Source: a virus. Taken from it: a stretch of DNA of 64,000 nt. Location of the stretch: the IMG/VR virus record IMGVR_UViG_3300021420_000017, positions 1 through 64,000 of that record. One strand, given 5' to 3'. The position numbers and the translations under genes are program-made. Below, in pieces: positions 45,340-56,395 of this stretch. Each line of letters starts with the position of its first letter. Positions within the stretch are counted from its first letter, which is position 1. A model generated the notes under the pieces. The model made no database searches and was not told the DNA's origin. It saw nothing but the letters and a program-made list of their open reading frames with translations.

Positions 45340-45378
45340 GTGTGCTCTGTGATGATCGACAGTGAGCGAGTCGTTCGC

Positions 45379-45406
45379 TTGTTACTCGATCATGGTTGGG
45401 TAATGT
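45379..45406 (+). promoter_or_regulatory. early-type promoter (rightward of a divergent pair)
   Basis: TTGTTA-CTC-N13-TAATGT, GTAGCCAA variant. Confidence 0.75.
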
Positions 45407-45440
45407 ATGACCTGTAGCCAAACACGCAGGGAGTCACCTC

Positions 45441-45906
45441 ATGGACAGCACTGAGATTGACAAGACAGCAGACGGAGTAGAGATCCAACCGGGACTGGTC
45501 GTGTGGACCAATGATTATGTCCAGGCTCGCGTGGTTGGTCCACAGACCTACCGCAACCCGAATGAGCGCCAGTGGTACGACATGGAGACCTTAGATGGCA
45601 AGCATTCGGCCATGATGGATGGTCCTCGCATGAGCGTACGCAAGCCTTTCTAGTTACTGCGATCACATTGGAGTCTTGATGAGTCAACTGAAAGTATCGC
45701 CTAGCACTCGCATCGGGATGAAACGGGGATCGCAGATCGCGTTCCCCGCTCTGCACGTAGTCACCGGCATTCGTGACTGGCACTCAGGGATACTTGGCAG
45801 GTCCGAGTGCGGGCTCCTCTGCAACGTGCTCGAAGCCGTCGCCGACGACAGCAAGGTGCAACTGTGCGAGAGATGCCGCCGTTCGCTCGGTTGGGATCGT
45901 GCTTGA
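45441..45906 (+). other. two small hypothetical genes, 45441-45653 and 45676-45906
   Basis: RBS-like sites; the second has H..CG..C..C..C. Confidence 0.55.
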
Positions 45907-45930
45907 TACTCGTCGCTGCATCGATAGATT
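45903..45930 (+). promoter_or_regulatory. early-type promoter
   Basis: TTGATA-CTC-N13-TAGATT, CTCAGTCGCCAA, AGGAGCCA. Confidence 0.8.
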
Positions 45931-45964
45931 GATCTCAGTCGCCAAGCACACGAGGAGCCAAATC

Positions 45965-46621
45965 ATGATCAGCACGCAGACCGAGATGGCTGCCCACGAT
46001 AAGGTCACTTGGGAGTTCTACATCGAGGCCGTCCGCGCCGGTGCGATGCGCATGGCGGCCGACGCGACGGTGGCGAGCTACTACGAGTCGCTCAACTCCA
46101 AGAAGTCCTGGGAACGCATGAGCGTGTCGAGCTGGGACATCGAGTCGATGAAGGACCGTGCCGCGCAAGCGTTGGCAACTGAGTCGCAGTGGCAGGCGCG
46201 CCTAGAGGCTCACGAGAAGGCCTACACCGGCTGGAGCCGCTTCTGGTGCGTGCCGAACGGCCACATCCACTCCTCGCGCAACTGCTCGACCTGCAACAAG
46301 ATGGGCAAGCCCACCGAGTTCTACCTTGCCCACGAGGTCAGCGGGATGGATGAGGCCGCTGCGGTCGCCGCCCAGGGCCCGGTACTGTGCACCACCTGCT
46401 TCCCGACCGCCCCGCTGGACTGGACCAATGGTCTCGATGAGGCGGCCAAGGCCAAGAAGGCGGCCGAGTGCCCCGGCTCACGCACGTACGACTATGACAC
46501 CCAGACGGCCCGTATGGGCTACTACGCCGGTAACGCGGGTACCTGCAATCACTGCGGCGGTCGGATCACTCTGACTTCCGCCAACAAGCTCCGTGGCCAT
46601 AAGCCCGAGAAGAAGGATTGA
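45965..46621 (+). CDS. multi-Zn-site phage protein
   Basis: WSRFW..GHIHSS..CSTC, LCTTCFP, CPGS..CNHC..H; start set by the promoter/RBS module. Confidence 0.75.
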   Translation: MISTQTEMAAHDKVTWEFYIEAVRAGAMRMAADATVASYYESLNSKKSWERMSVSSWDIESMKDRAAQALATESQWQARLEAHEKAYTGWSRFWCVPNGHIHSSRNCSTCNKMGKPTEFYLAHEVSGMDEAAAVAAQGPVLCTTCFPTAPLDWTNGLDEAAKAKKAAECPGSRTYDYDTQTARMGYYAGNAGTCNHCGGRITLTSANKLRGHKPEKKD

Positions 46622-46624
46622 GAT

Positions 46625-49430
46625 ATGCCTCCTCGCAAGCGATTTAACGTGTGGTCCTACGACGCGCGGAGTACGCGCTGGATGGTGGTATTTGAGAATG
46701 TTCCTGAGGATGAAGCGCTCGCTGATGTCGCGAGGAAGACCAGCTCGGCGGCGCGGTTCGGAATAGAAGGCCACTGGGTCGTCAAGCCGATGGGCCAAGA
46801 GCCCACTCTGATAGACCGGTCCAGGGTGACCGAGGCTCCGGTTGAGGAGAAGGCCGCCGCGTTCGATCCGACTGCGTTGCCTGATGGGTCGGTGATCTCG
46901 TTCGGAGTGGATCTGATCCTCATCCGCAACCATCCGACCAAGTGGAGCGCTTGGTGCGCGACTAACGGTTCAAACTGGAGCGATGACGTGCTGCGCGCCG
47001 AATCGAAGAGGTCATGCGCTCCTGTAGTCCAGGTACTGCGCCGGGGATGGGAATGATCAAGACCTTGATCGAGGCTGTCGGCGGCGTGATCTATGTCGGT
47101 GTTGGTCTTAAAGTACTGAGTCTGAACTACCGGCGCGGGGGCCACGAGGCATCTCGATTGCATCAGAAAGCTATCGAGGTGGAGAAAAGCCGCTGGCCGA
47201 ACGGGATCGATGATGAGTATTCGCGGGCTGCGATCAGGGCTCGCGAGCGGCTCTACCGAGTGGGTCTGTACTCGGGGATCTACTGGCGCGCGCTGCTTTG
47301 GCCCCTGCTGATCCCTGTCGGGACGGTGTCGTTCGGTCTCAAGTTCCTCGTGGGGCGCCTGAGAGCCAACTGGAGCGAGGGATATCGACTAGGGCAGGTC
47401 GAGGTCGAGCTTGCGCGTGTACGTGAGCGTGAGCGAGTCGAGCAGGAGGCCATCTTTGTCTCCGATCCCGAGCTGCGGCAGGCGCGGGAGGTCGTTGCTC
47501 GCGACTCGCTCGGGAGAGGCGCTTGATTTACTTGTAGGGATGCAAGTACTATATGTAAAGTTCGAATATGTCGCCAAACAAGTAGGAGTCTCAACATGCT
47601 AGGAAGATTGACAGACAGAGGGCGGTTTGTCTTCATTGTGATCCCCTCTGTGTCTGTGCTCGCCTTCGTTCTGACCCTGGCGGTCATCGCTGTGATCGGG
47701 CCGCGTTGATGGCCACGCAGAGCGCCGGGGAGAACGAGGCCGACCCCTGGGTCACTAGGGAGGATGCGTCCAGCGCATGGTTGATGTTCATCGAGCTGAA
47801 TGCTCATGATCTCGGTCGTGAAGGTCTGGAGGCCATGCTCGCGGGGGTGACGGGGCCCAGTGTCTACGCTCAGCTACTCGATGATCTGGGCGACCCGTTC
47901 CGCCCGATGGAGGAGGCAGCATGATCACGCAGGGATATGTGAGCTTGAGCCTGATAGCTCTCGGAACCGTGATGGCGGTGCTGATCTCGCGGCACAGAAG
48001 GTTGGGCCTTGTCGATGACACAGAGGCTATGCGTTATTGGGGGCGTCTGCGTGAGTCCGAGGGGCGTCGGGGGAGTGAGATGCGCCCGGGGATCGTTCGT
48101 GCGACTAGCCATGTCGTCGCTTCATGCGGTACAACTGACACCACTACCCCCGCATCCGAGGAGCTAGTTGATGCTGACAGCGAGCGATCTTTCGCCCTCG
48201 GGGCTTACGTCGCGCAGCTACGATCTGCCCGACGGTACCTATCAGCTCATGCAACTTCCCAGCGGGATGTGGGCAGTGCGTACGCCGGACGACACAGACT
48301 GGTCCGAGAAGTTCAGCTCGCGGCGTGAAGCGAATCTCGCGATTGCCTCCGGCGCGTTGCGCTAGTCACGCAATCCTCGACTGCGATAGCGGTAGTGTTC
48401 GGCTCGATCGCTGATGCCGCAGCTCAAGGCGCGCTTTCACAAGGGCCTCACAGCGAGGTTGCGCTCAGTCATGAGGATGAGTGGCATTGCCTTCGATGAG
48501 GAGCTAGCTCAGTTCGCCCTTGCGGGGAAGCGGATGTTGAGCGAGCCAGAACTCGGTGTTCTTGATCGCGCCAAACATGATGTTCATCAGCACCGTTTCG
48601 AATTGATGCGCCTATGGGAAGGCAAACATCCAGGACAGAAGCCTTTCGCACCATCCTTCCCTCAGCGAATCCTGGATGAGATGAAGAAAATCTACGACTC
48701 GGTAGACGAGGGCGAAGTATCCGCTCTGGAAATACGCATGATGCTCGATAACATCATCACGATGTGTAAGAGTGAGCTAGATGACGATGACGACAAAGAC
48801 TAACCTCGATCAAGGAGCAGAATGCCCGCATCACAGAACCTGAGTGTCTACCTCTCGCAGGAGATGGCTGACGAAGTGGCCGAGGCGAAGGAAGCCGGGC
48901 TCATCGACCCCAAGGAGGTCGTCAAGGCCGCGCTGCTTGTCGCTCTGCATCCCGAGCAAGTCCAAGACACTGTCAGCACGCAGGGCGAGGACCACGAGCA
49001 TGTCGTTCTCCTGTCTGGCCTCGTGACACAGGCTGCTGCTGCCAAGGATCAGCTTTCCGAGATCCTGACGCTCGACAGCCCTGATGGGGTCGAGTGGGCC
49101 GAGGTGACCGCCAAGGTCAAGCTGCTCATGGCCGAGTACCGCCGACTGCGCGCGCTGGAGCTGGAGGCGAGTCAGACGGATGAGCCTCAGCCCGATGTGA
49201 ATACGTCCAACTTCATCAGCGCCCGGGCCCAGGATGAGTATGTGAACGAGCCCGTGACAGGGCGGGGTCACAGTGGTGTGCCTATTGTTTACGAACTGAC
49301 TTTCGCCAACACTGTCGATGAGTTCAATGGTCGGCTGGAGGTCATTCAGGCCAATAATGGTTGGATCCAGTCACACTCCGAGAACCCGGATGGCAGCTTC
49401 AGTCTGCTCGTCGCGTGGCCGCAATCATGA
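46625..49430 (+). other. accessory genes 46625-47056, 47053-47526 (TM), 47596-47709 (37-aa TM peptide), 47709-47924, 47921-48328 (TM), 48168-48365, 48414-48803, 48822-49430 (RHH-like N-terminus)
   Basis: Couplings and RBS sites; 47596 has the GTCGCCAA-AGGAG leader and is absent from the ORF track. Confidence 0.55.
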
Positions 49431-49477
49431 CCTGGGCGCCCGCGTGGCCACCCAGGCGTGGCCTGCGGTAGTTCGGC

Positions 49478-49963
49478 ATGACTGTGTGCCGGGCTCACCA
49501 CCCGGAGTACTCCACGGTGATGTGCAATAAGAGCGCCAGTCATCAGCAGCACAGTGGCTATCTGGATCAGCATGGCTATATCGACTGGGTCAATGAGGAG
49601 TACGTGCCGCCGCCTGCAAAGCCCGGCGCCCATGGTGCGCTCCTCAAGCAGTTAACTGCCCAAGTGCCGCGCCCGATGGTGCGCAAGGACGATCCGCCGA
49701 CCGCGCACCAGGCGATCAGCAGTTACCAGCCCAACCTCAAGACCCGCAAGGGCGCAGTCGCGCAGTATCTGATTAGGCACCTGGGACAGTGGATCGACGC
49801 CCCTACCTTCGCCCATGAGGATGTCGGCGGCTTCGCTGGGACTCGCAGGCTCAGGGAGCTGCGCGAGGATCACGGTTGGCCAATCAGCACCCGGGAGAAG
49901 CCGGGTCATCCGAATCTCTGGCAGCACCGGCTCGATGAGATGCCTGAGGCAGGAGATCGGTGA
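49478..49963 (+). CDS. Zn motif + winged-HTH protein
   Basis: C..H..C..H N-terminus; GGFAGTRRLRELREDHGWPI. Confidence 0.6.
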   Translation: MTVCRAHHPEYSTVMCNKSASHQQHSGYLDQHGYIDWVNEEYVPPPAKPGAHGALLKQLTAQVPRPMVRKDDPPTAHQAISSYQPNLKTRKGAVAQYLIRHLGQWIDAPTFAHEDVGGFAGTRRLRELREDHGWPISTREKPGHPNLWQHRLDEMPEAGDR

Positions 49964-50558
49964 TGAGAGAATCAATACACATTTGTAGATGGATGTTTGC
50001 TCGATTGTTGATGCGCACTCTGCCTGGAGTGATTCACCAGCACTTCGTTGATAGCGAAGTTGATTCACGTTTGAGTTACGCTACTGCATGGCCCGTGAAT
50101 GGGATTCAACATCTCACCTATCAACCCACGCCATTGGGCAATATAACGTTTTGTGGAAAGTTCGTCGCCACTGTATCGAGTGTCCCGCAGAACACTGCGC
50201 TGGGCTATCAATGTCGAACCTGCGTCCGTCGTGGCCAGCGTTACGCCCGAGTGAGGAAAGAGAGTCGATGAGTAGCGCCAACGAGGCGGGGTCCCGATGC
50301 ACTAGGGCCAATGGTGGCACGAGAGGCAGGCGGTTCACCGATGACCAGCACTGATGACCTTGCCGAGCTGATCACAAACTTCTACTCGCCACCGCCTTCG
50401 CATCCCGCTGACCTGGCTGAGATCGCTCAGCTAGCTGATCATGTCGTGCGGTCGGACTGGTTCAAGGCAGAGATAGCTACCGAGTACAAGATGGGCTACG
50501 ACCAGGGCTTCGAGGACGGTTACGAGAGTGGCAGCGCGCCCGCACTAGGGAGGTCATC

Positions 50559-51371
50559 ATGACTAGCCCTGATGACGAGCTACAAGTGCACGCCAAACGG
50601 CTTCGGGAGCACCGAGGGATGGACGCTGCACAGCTCCGTAGGCAGTACGACGACATGGGAGCCGTGAACTACCCGGACGATGCTGTCGTCGTACTGCTCG
50701 CTGAGGTCGCTGCTGCCGAACAACGAGGAGCCGAGAAGGCTCAAATCGCGATCTGGGCGATAGCTCGCGAGTACCTGCCAGCAGCGATCGGCTTCAACAC
50801 GTTGCCGGAGATCATGCGCGGTATCGCTCGGCAGCGTGACGCCCAGCGCGAGATCAAAGACCATCTGGCCGATACTGCACGCAAGCTCACGGAACGAGTT
50901 GAGGCGGCAGAGGTAGCTCTTGCCGCCGAGTATCAGCGGGGACGGCGAGACGCACTGATCGGCGCCCACCGCGAGCTGCGTGAGCAAGCATTGAACGACT
51001 GGGGTGACCCGAGCTATCGGCACGCCATCGAGTGGGCGGCCGAGCATCTAGGGGCTCAGGCCAGGGAAGCTATTTCGACTGGCGGTTCCACTCAGACTAT
51101 CTGGGATGAGGTGGCCGCTGAGCGCGCCCGGGCGCACGCGAAGCATGGCGACAGGTCGATGGAGTCGGCTGACCCATCTGACCCGACGGGGCATCGGTAT
51201 CGGATTCTCTGTGAGGAGATAGGAGAGGTCGCCAAAGAGTTTAACGACGCTGCGAATGACGAGCGCTCGGTCGACTTGGATGCACTGCGCAAAGAGCTAA
51301 TCCAGGTGTCCGCTATGGCGGGCGCGTGGGCCGACGCCATCCCGGTTCATGCTGGGGAGGTTGACCAGTGA
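50559..51371 (+). CDS. coiled-coil protein with C-terminal MazG-like NTP pyrophosphohydrolase
   Basis: EVAAERARAHAKHG..ILCEEIGEVAKE..ELIQVSAMAGAW. Confidence 0.7.
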   Translation: MTSPDDELQVHAKRLREHRGMDAAQLRRQYDDMGAVNYPDDAVVVLLAEVAAAEQRGAEKAQIAIWAIAREYLPAAIGFNTLPEIMRGIARQRDAQREIKDHLADTARKLTERVEAAEVALAAEYQRGRRDALIGAHRELREQALNDWGDPSYRHAIEWAAEHLGAQAREAISTGGSTQTIWDEVAAERARAHAKHGDRSMESADPSDPTGHRYRILCEEIGEVAKEFNDAANDERSVDLDALRKELIQVSAMAGAWADAIPVHAGEVDQ

Positions 51372-51996
51372 GTACGAACTATCTGCGTGAACTGGACGAG
51401 GAGTCCTACGCCCTGCTGCCGGACTGTCGCATCCTCATCGAGCGGGCAGCGTTCGAGTCGATCAGCGACTACACCCGCTCGCAGCCGACCAGTCCGAGCG
51501 CCGGTCGCGTTTACCGCAAGAATCTTAGTTGGCATCCGGACTGTTCGGATATCTGGTTCGTCTACATCGTGCGGAGTGACCCATACCAGCATTGCCTGTA
51601 CAAAGTGGAGATCGTTGGGGAGGTTGACCAGTGAGTGAGATGGAATCACTATTTGATCTCGACAACGGTCGGCCGATGTATGTCTACGCGGGCACCGGCC
51701 TTGCTGATGCGGCGATCATTGAAGCCGTCACTGAGTCGATGTATGAAGAGCCGGATGGTCTGATCGGCTATCGCTTGGAGATCAGGGAAGGAAACTGGGG
51801 CTGGTCGCCTCGGATGAAACACTGCTCGAATCATGACTCCGGCTGGGGTTGTGACCAGGAAGGCGATTGGCACCAGCATTTCAGCTCGAACTACAGCGGC
51901 GATCCGGTGACCGTGGTGACTGTCTTTTCTCCTACTTGGAATCCATCGCCGCACCCAGATGCACGGCTCGTTCTGGTTGGGGAGGTTGTTCAGTGA
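51368..51996 (+). other. two small genes, 51368-51634 and 51631-51996
   Basis: Delimited by GGGGAGGTTG(AC/TT)CAGTGA junction repeats. Confidence 0.6.
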
Positions 51997-52409
51997 AATG
52001 TCGCACTAGGCTCGTTGAGACTGAGTACATGCAGTGGGAGATTGGCAACTCGCCGCAGGGCGAGATGGGCAGTCAGATACAGGCTGTGGAGATCGCCGCC
52101 TGGGTCAACACACACGGCGGCTGGGCGCGGTATGAGCCAGAGCACTACGACATGCCGGACTTCGCTGGCGAGAGCACCTGGCATCCCGCGCGCATTGCCA
52201 TCAGCGGGCGGGATCACCTGGTCTCCGCCAAGCCCGGCGACTACATAGTGATGGGTGCTGCGCACTGGTGCATGGGTTGCGGCCACTCGGTGACAAGGAG
52301 TGGCGAACACATTGAGTGCCAGTGTCAGTGTCTTGGGACGGCTGATCTGCGTGAGTTTCAGGTGCTCACTCGGGATGAGTTCGAGCGCGACTGGGAGGCC
52401 ATCCAGTGA
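51993..52409 (+). CDS. paralog of 8725-9108
   Basis: WVNTHGGWARY, AKPGDYIVM, FERDWEAIQ. Confidence 0.65.
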   Translation: MKCRTRLVETEYMQWEIGNSPQGEMGSQIQAVEIAAWVNTHGGWARYEPEHYDMPDFAGESTWHPARIAISGRDHLVSAKPGDYIVMGAAHWCMGCGHSVTRSGEHIECQCQCLGTADLREFQVLTRDEFERDWEAIQ

Positions 52410-52622
52410 GCACTGCGTCGATCCTCGGGATGCCGGTCACAACCGACTGCAACGTACCGATCGGCAAGTTCCTCATTGTCGATCGCCGGATCCATACGTC
52501 GATGACGCTCGATCAACTAATGGTCAAGCTTTGGGTGGGCGATGCGCTCAAGAAGGCGCGCACGCATCTCGCCGGGCTTGTGGAGGCCGTTGAGCTGCGC
52601 TTGTTTGGAGAGGGAGTTACCC

Positions 52623-52964
52623 ATGGCTGACAAGGTGCGTATCCATGAGCTGAAGGTCGTCCCGCCGTACTTCGATTCGCTTATCGCGGGCAGCAAGATG
52701 TTCGAGGTCCGGCGAAACGATCGTGCTTATCAGCGCGGCGACATTCTGCGGTTCCGCGAGTGGCACCCCGAGCACACCAACAGTGCGCGCCCGTGCGTGC
52801 ATAGCGACTGCGGGTACTGGAGTCATGCGTTCGGTCACTGGGCCGGGCGGGCGGAGCGATTCGAATGTGTTATCACGTTTGTCTACTCCGGGGATCCGAG
52901 GCTTGACGGCATCGAGCCTGGGTATGTCGTCCTCGGGCTAGGGGAGGTTGATACCGATGGGTGA
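52623..52964 (+). CDS. ASCH/PUA-fold protein (DUF3850-like)
   Basis: IHELKVVPPYF...GSKMFEVRRNDRAYQRGDILRFREW...ITFV..PGYVVLGL. Confidence 0.8.
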   Translation: MADKVRIHELKVVPPYFDSLIAGSKMFEVRRNDRAYQRGDILRFREWHPEHTNSARPCVHSDCGYWSHAFGHWAGRAERFECVITFVYSGDPRLDGIEPGYVVLGLGEVDTDG

Positions 52965-55759
52965 TCGCCAAACCGAGGGCCCGAGCATAGACGAGGTCAA
53001 ATGGGTGCTGAAGGAGATGGACCGCCACGGCCCTAATCGTGGCTGGGTCTTGTGCGCGGCGCTGTGGCGTGCCGTTGAGGGCACCCCAATCGCCCCTCCT
53101 GAGGCGCTGGAGCGCATGCGCAGAGAGGCCGGTCGGTGATTGACCCCCAGATTGACCTCCGGGTTGATGACCTTAAGCGCCGTATCCGCGAAGCTTCCAG
53201 ACTGCACACCAAGACGTCCACTCGGTACCAGGGCTTGACACCAGCCGGGCTGGCGCACCTTGAGGCAGGCGGAGAGATCGGACCCGACGGCATGCCTATC
53301 TCGGAAGCGATGAACCCCACCGCGATCTGCGCGAAGTGCGGTGAACCAGCACCATGTGAAACCTATCGGATACTGTTGAGCGAAGAGATCACCGAGGAGG
53401 GAGATAGAGGATGACGTTCAAATCAAAGTTTTTGGGCACAGTGGTGATTAGGCCCTTCGTCATCAGCGGTGTCGATCGTCATAGTCCACCCCCGGAGATG
53501 TGGGGCTCATATTATACTGGTGCGCAAGGGTGGCATCGTAGGATCTGTATTGAGATATCCGTTGACGGAGAGAGTGTCGAGTCAGTGCGTGCTGCATTAA
53601 AAGATGCCGCTGATGCGATGGAAGATGCATTCTTAGATTTAACATTTGTGGATAACTATGGTGATCCAGATGTGAAGATTACAGCGAGAGGGCATCGTAA
53701 AGCCACCAGCGAAGAGATTGTATTCATCGAACAGCAGCAAGAGGCTGAGAAGAGGAAGCAGCAGTTCGATGACGAAGATGACATCGAGAGATTCAAGAAG
53801 AGACACCCCGGGCTTCTTAAATGACATGGACTACTGATGTGCTCTCGCAAGATCTTGCAGAGTGGCTGCTTGGCTGTGTCGCCGAGGATGAGAAAGCAGC
53901 CCGGAAGATGGATGCTGTTTACCCGTCTCCATGGGAACTTATTGATCGCGGCTGGGTGGCATATATCAAGGCTGGCGCCCCACATTTTCGTGAAGTGGTG
54001 CGCCTCGACCAGGACGTTGAGATAGAAGCGGAATGGCTCGGCGACGTTCTCAGCCATGTGCTCAAGCATGAGCCGATCCGGGTGCTAGCCGACTGTGCGG
54101 CCAAGCGCGAGCTGATCAAGCTGGCTCGGACCATCGACCCCCTCCTCTGCCCCTCAGTCGGCCCCTGGGCGCACAGGCCCTTGCGCCTTGAAATGCTGCG
54201 CCCCCTTCTCATGTCCTACAGCGATCGCCTCGGCGCGCTCGAACTGCTGCAGAGGATAGATTCCCACGGCCCGGGCGTGGCCTACCTGATGCCGCCCGGG
54301 CGCGAGCCGCAAGACGCGCTGATCGAGGCCAAGCAGCAACCAGAGACAGACTGAGATGACGTGGTACGAGGCGCTCCCCCTCACGATTATTCCGTTGATT
54401 CTTGCTCTCAGGTTCCACCGTCGAGCGTGGCTACGGCGCCAACTCCAAGAAGCCGAGTATAGGGCGCGGGTCAATAAGGCAGTTCGCGTTCCGCTCTCGG
54501 TGAAGAGATCAGAGTCGGCACTCGACCAGGTGATGGACGACTATGGAGTCCGCGCTGTAGACGTCCAAGAATCCTGGCTCGGCTACCCGTATGGTCAAGA
54601 TCAAGTCGAGAGTTGGCTTCGAATCATCAGACTCGAAGCCAAGGAGTGGGCATATCGATGCGAGCGTGAGCGCATGCTTGGGCCCAAGTGGGCGCAGTGC
54701 GAGGGAGCCGGGGTCGCCAAAGCCAGAGCGCGCCTACTCGACAGCGGCGGGAGCACGGTTCGAGCGATCTTCCAGTATCAAGCCAAGGGACTCATCCCCG
54801 ACGACCAGGCCCGGGAGTATGTGCAGATGGTGCGCGCCCTCATGCCCGCCTTCGAGGTCGGCGACCGTGTCATCCTCGTGCCCCCGATTCGCTCGACTCG
54901 CTCACAGTGGGAAGGAACCCCATGATCGACCCCGTGCCGGGCCCCTACGTCTCACTCCCTCGCTGCCGCAAGTGCGGGGAGTACGGAGCTAGCGCCGAGT
55001 GGATGCCGACCCTCAGGTCGGCCTGTTTTAAGGGTGACGCCAAGCAGTACTACCCCGACTGTGATCCCGACACGGAGGTGCTACGGCGCCGCTGTGATCA
55101 CTGCGGCTTCAAGTGGGTCGAACTGCCTCTTGATGCAGACCCGGCTCTCTCCGCCAGCCAGGGGCCCGCTGAGGCCGATCCAGAAGATGCTCCCGGGATA
55201 CTCTTGAATGTCGGGGACGTGCTGATGAACCTCGGCGACCCGTATGAGATCGAGAAAATCGACTTCACTGAGAGAGTTGGTTTCATCGTCGCCAAGAACG
55301 TGGTCGGTATGAATCTCGTCCTGCGCAGGCTCTGAAATGCCGCCCGAGCCGTCCAGGGTGGTCGCGCCGCCTCTGGAGTGGCACCCGGCCTATGAGGATC
55401 GCCCCTGGCTGATGGACTGGCTCAACGGGCAAGGTCCGTCCGGTCGGCATCCCGTGATCAAGCTGTCCATGATGCGCGGGCTGGAATGGGGCCACATGGA
55501 TAGGCACCGCAGTTCGTCGCTATCCGGGACCAGACTCCTACGGAGACAGCAGTGCTGGGCTCTAGCGCCCTACGTGGGTCGCGAGTTCGTCTACATCTGG
55601 TCGGTCGCGGTAGATGAGCTGGGACGGGCCATCGCGGGTGAGGCCGGGATCCAGTATCTGCGCCCGGAGGAGGCACCGGATGCGCATCCGGTGAGAGGAG
55701 CAGAGAGGGGCACTGAGGGGTCGAGAGGTCCGTTGAGGCGTCTGTCCAGCAGAGTCTGA
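52957..55759 (+). other. accessory genes 52957-53139, 53136-53414, 53411-53824, 54356-54925, 54922-55335, 55337-55759
   Basis: Tight coupling; several CxxC motifs. Confidence 0.55.
53821..54354 (+). CDS. DUF6221-like actinobacterial phage protein
   Basis: WL..CVAEDE..A, PIRVLADCAAKRELI, L..YSDR.G. Confidence 0.65.
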   Translation: MTWTTDVLSQDLAEWLLGCVAEDEKAARKMDAVYPSPWELIDRGWVAYIKAGAPHFREVVRLDQDVEIEAEWLGDVLSHVLKHEPIRVLADCAAKRELIKLARTIDPLLCPSVGPWAHRPLRLEMLRPLLMSYSDRLGALELLQRIDSHGPGVAYLMPPGREPQDALIEAKQQPETD

Positions 55760-55792
55760 TATGTCTGAGTACAAGTAGCTCATTACCGAAGT

Positions 55793-55821
55793 TTGATACT
55801 CGATTGCTAGATGATTAGTAT
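55793..55821 (+). promoter_or_regulatory. early-type promoter
   Basis: TTGATA-CTC-N14-TAGTAT; GTCGCCAA at 55853; ATAGGAGCCC RBS. Confidence 0.7.
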
Positions 55822-55878
55822 TTATGCAAGTCGTGAGTTGTACAACGTCAAAGTCGCCAAACATAGGAGCCCACTATC

Positions 55879-56316
55879 ATGACGGACTTCGATGTCGAGA
55901 TGGACAAGCTAGAAGCCAGGAGGGCCCAGCAGTCGAGGAGGGACATCGCCATGAGCCATAGATACGGGGAAGACGTGGAGCGAGAAGTGAAGAAGGCCCG
56001 AGCCCAGCAGGTAAGCGCGGGGAAGCAGGACGAGCCAGGTCAGCCAGGTCAGCCAGATCAGCCAGATCAGCCAGGAGAAGCCACGAGCCAGACCTACCTG
56101 GACTTCTCTGAGCGTGTGCCCGGCGCGGAGCTATTGTCCTTTGTCGAGCTGCGCGGGCAGAAGCCACAAGAGGCTAGCGACCTGCCCACACTGGAGATCC
56201 GCGTTGACGATGGGCTGGAGGATCTCGCCATCGTGCTCGGGAGCTATGGCATCCGCCGGTTGCGCCTCTTCCTGGAGCACTATGAGCGACTGATCGAGAA
56301 GGCGGCCCAGTCATGA
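55879..56316 (+). CDS. hypothetical protein with QPG/QPD repeat
   Basis: Promoter/RBS module; 9-nt tandem repeat. Confidence 0.7.
   Translation: MTDFDVEMDKLEARRAQQSRRDIAMSHRYGEDVEREVKKARAQQVSAGKQDEPGQPGQPDQPDQPGEATSQTYLDFSERVPGAELLSFVELRGQKPQEASDLPTLEIRVDDGLEDLAIVLGSYGIRRLRLFLEHYERLIEKAAQS
56032..56076 (+). repeat. 5 x 9-nt tandem repeat (C/G)AGCCAG(G/A)(T/A)
   Basis: Directly read; encodes EPG-QPG-QPD-QPD-QPG. Confidence 0.9.
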
Positions 56317-56395
56317 CGTCGGCCCCGATCCGTCGCGGTACCTGTCCGGTGTGTGGTCGCAGCATCGGGCTGATGAAGGACGGCGAGACTCCGTC

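Noticed and set aside
56032-56076. 9-nt repeat as a phase-variation or CRISPR-like element
   Set aside because: Unit length is a multiple of three inside a linker with no spacers; an ordinary coding minisatellite.
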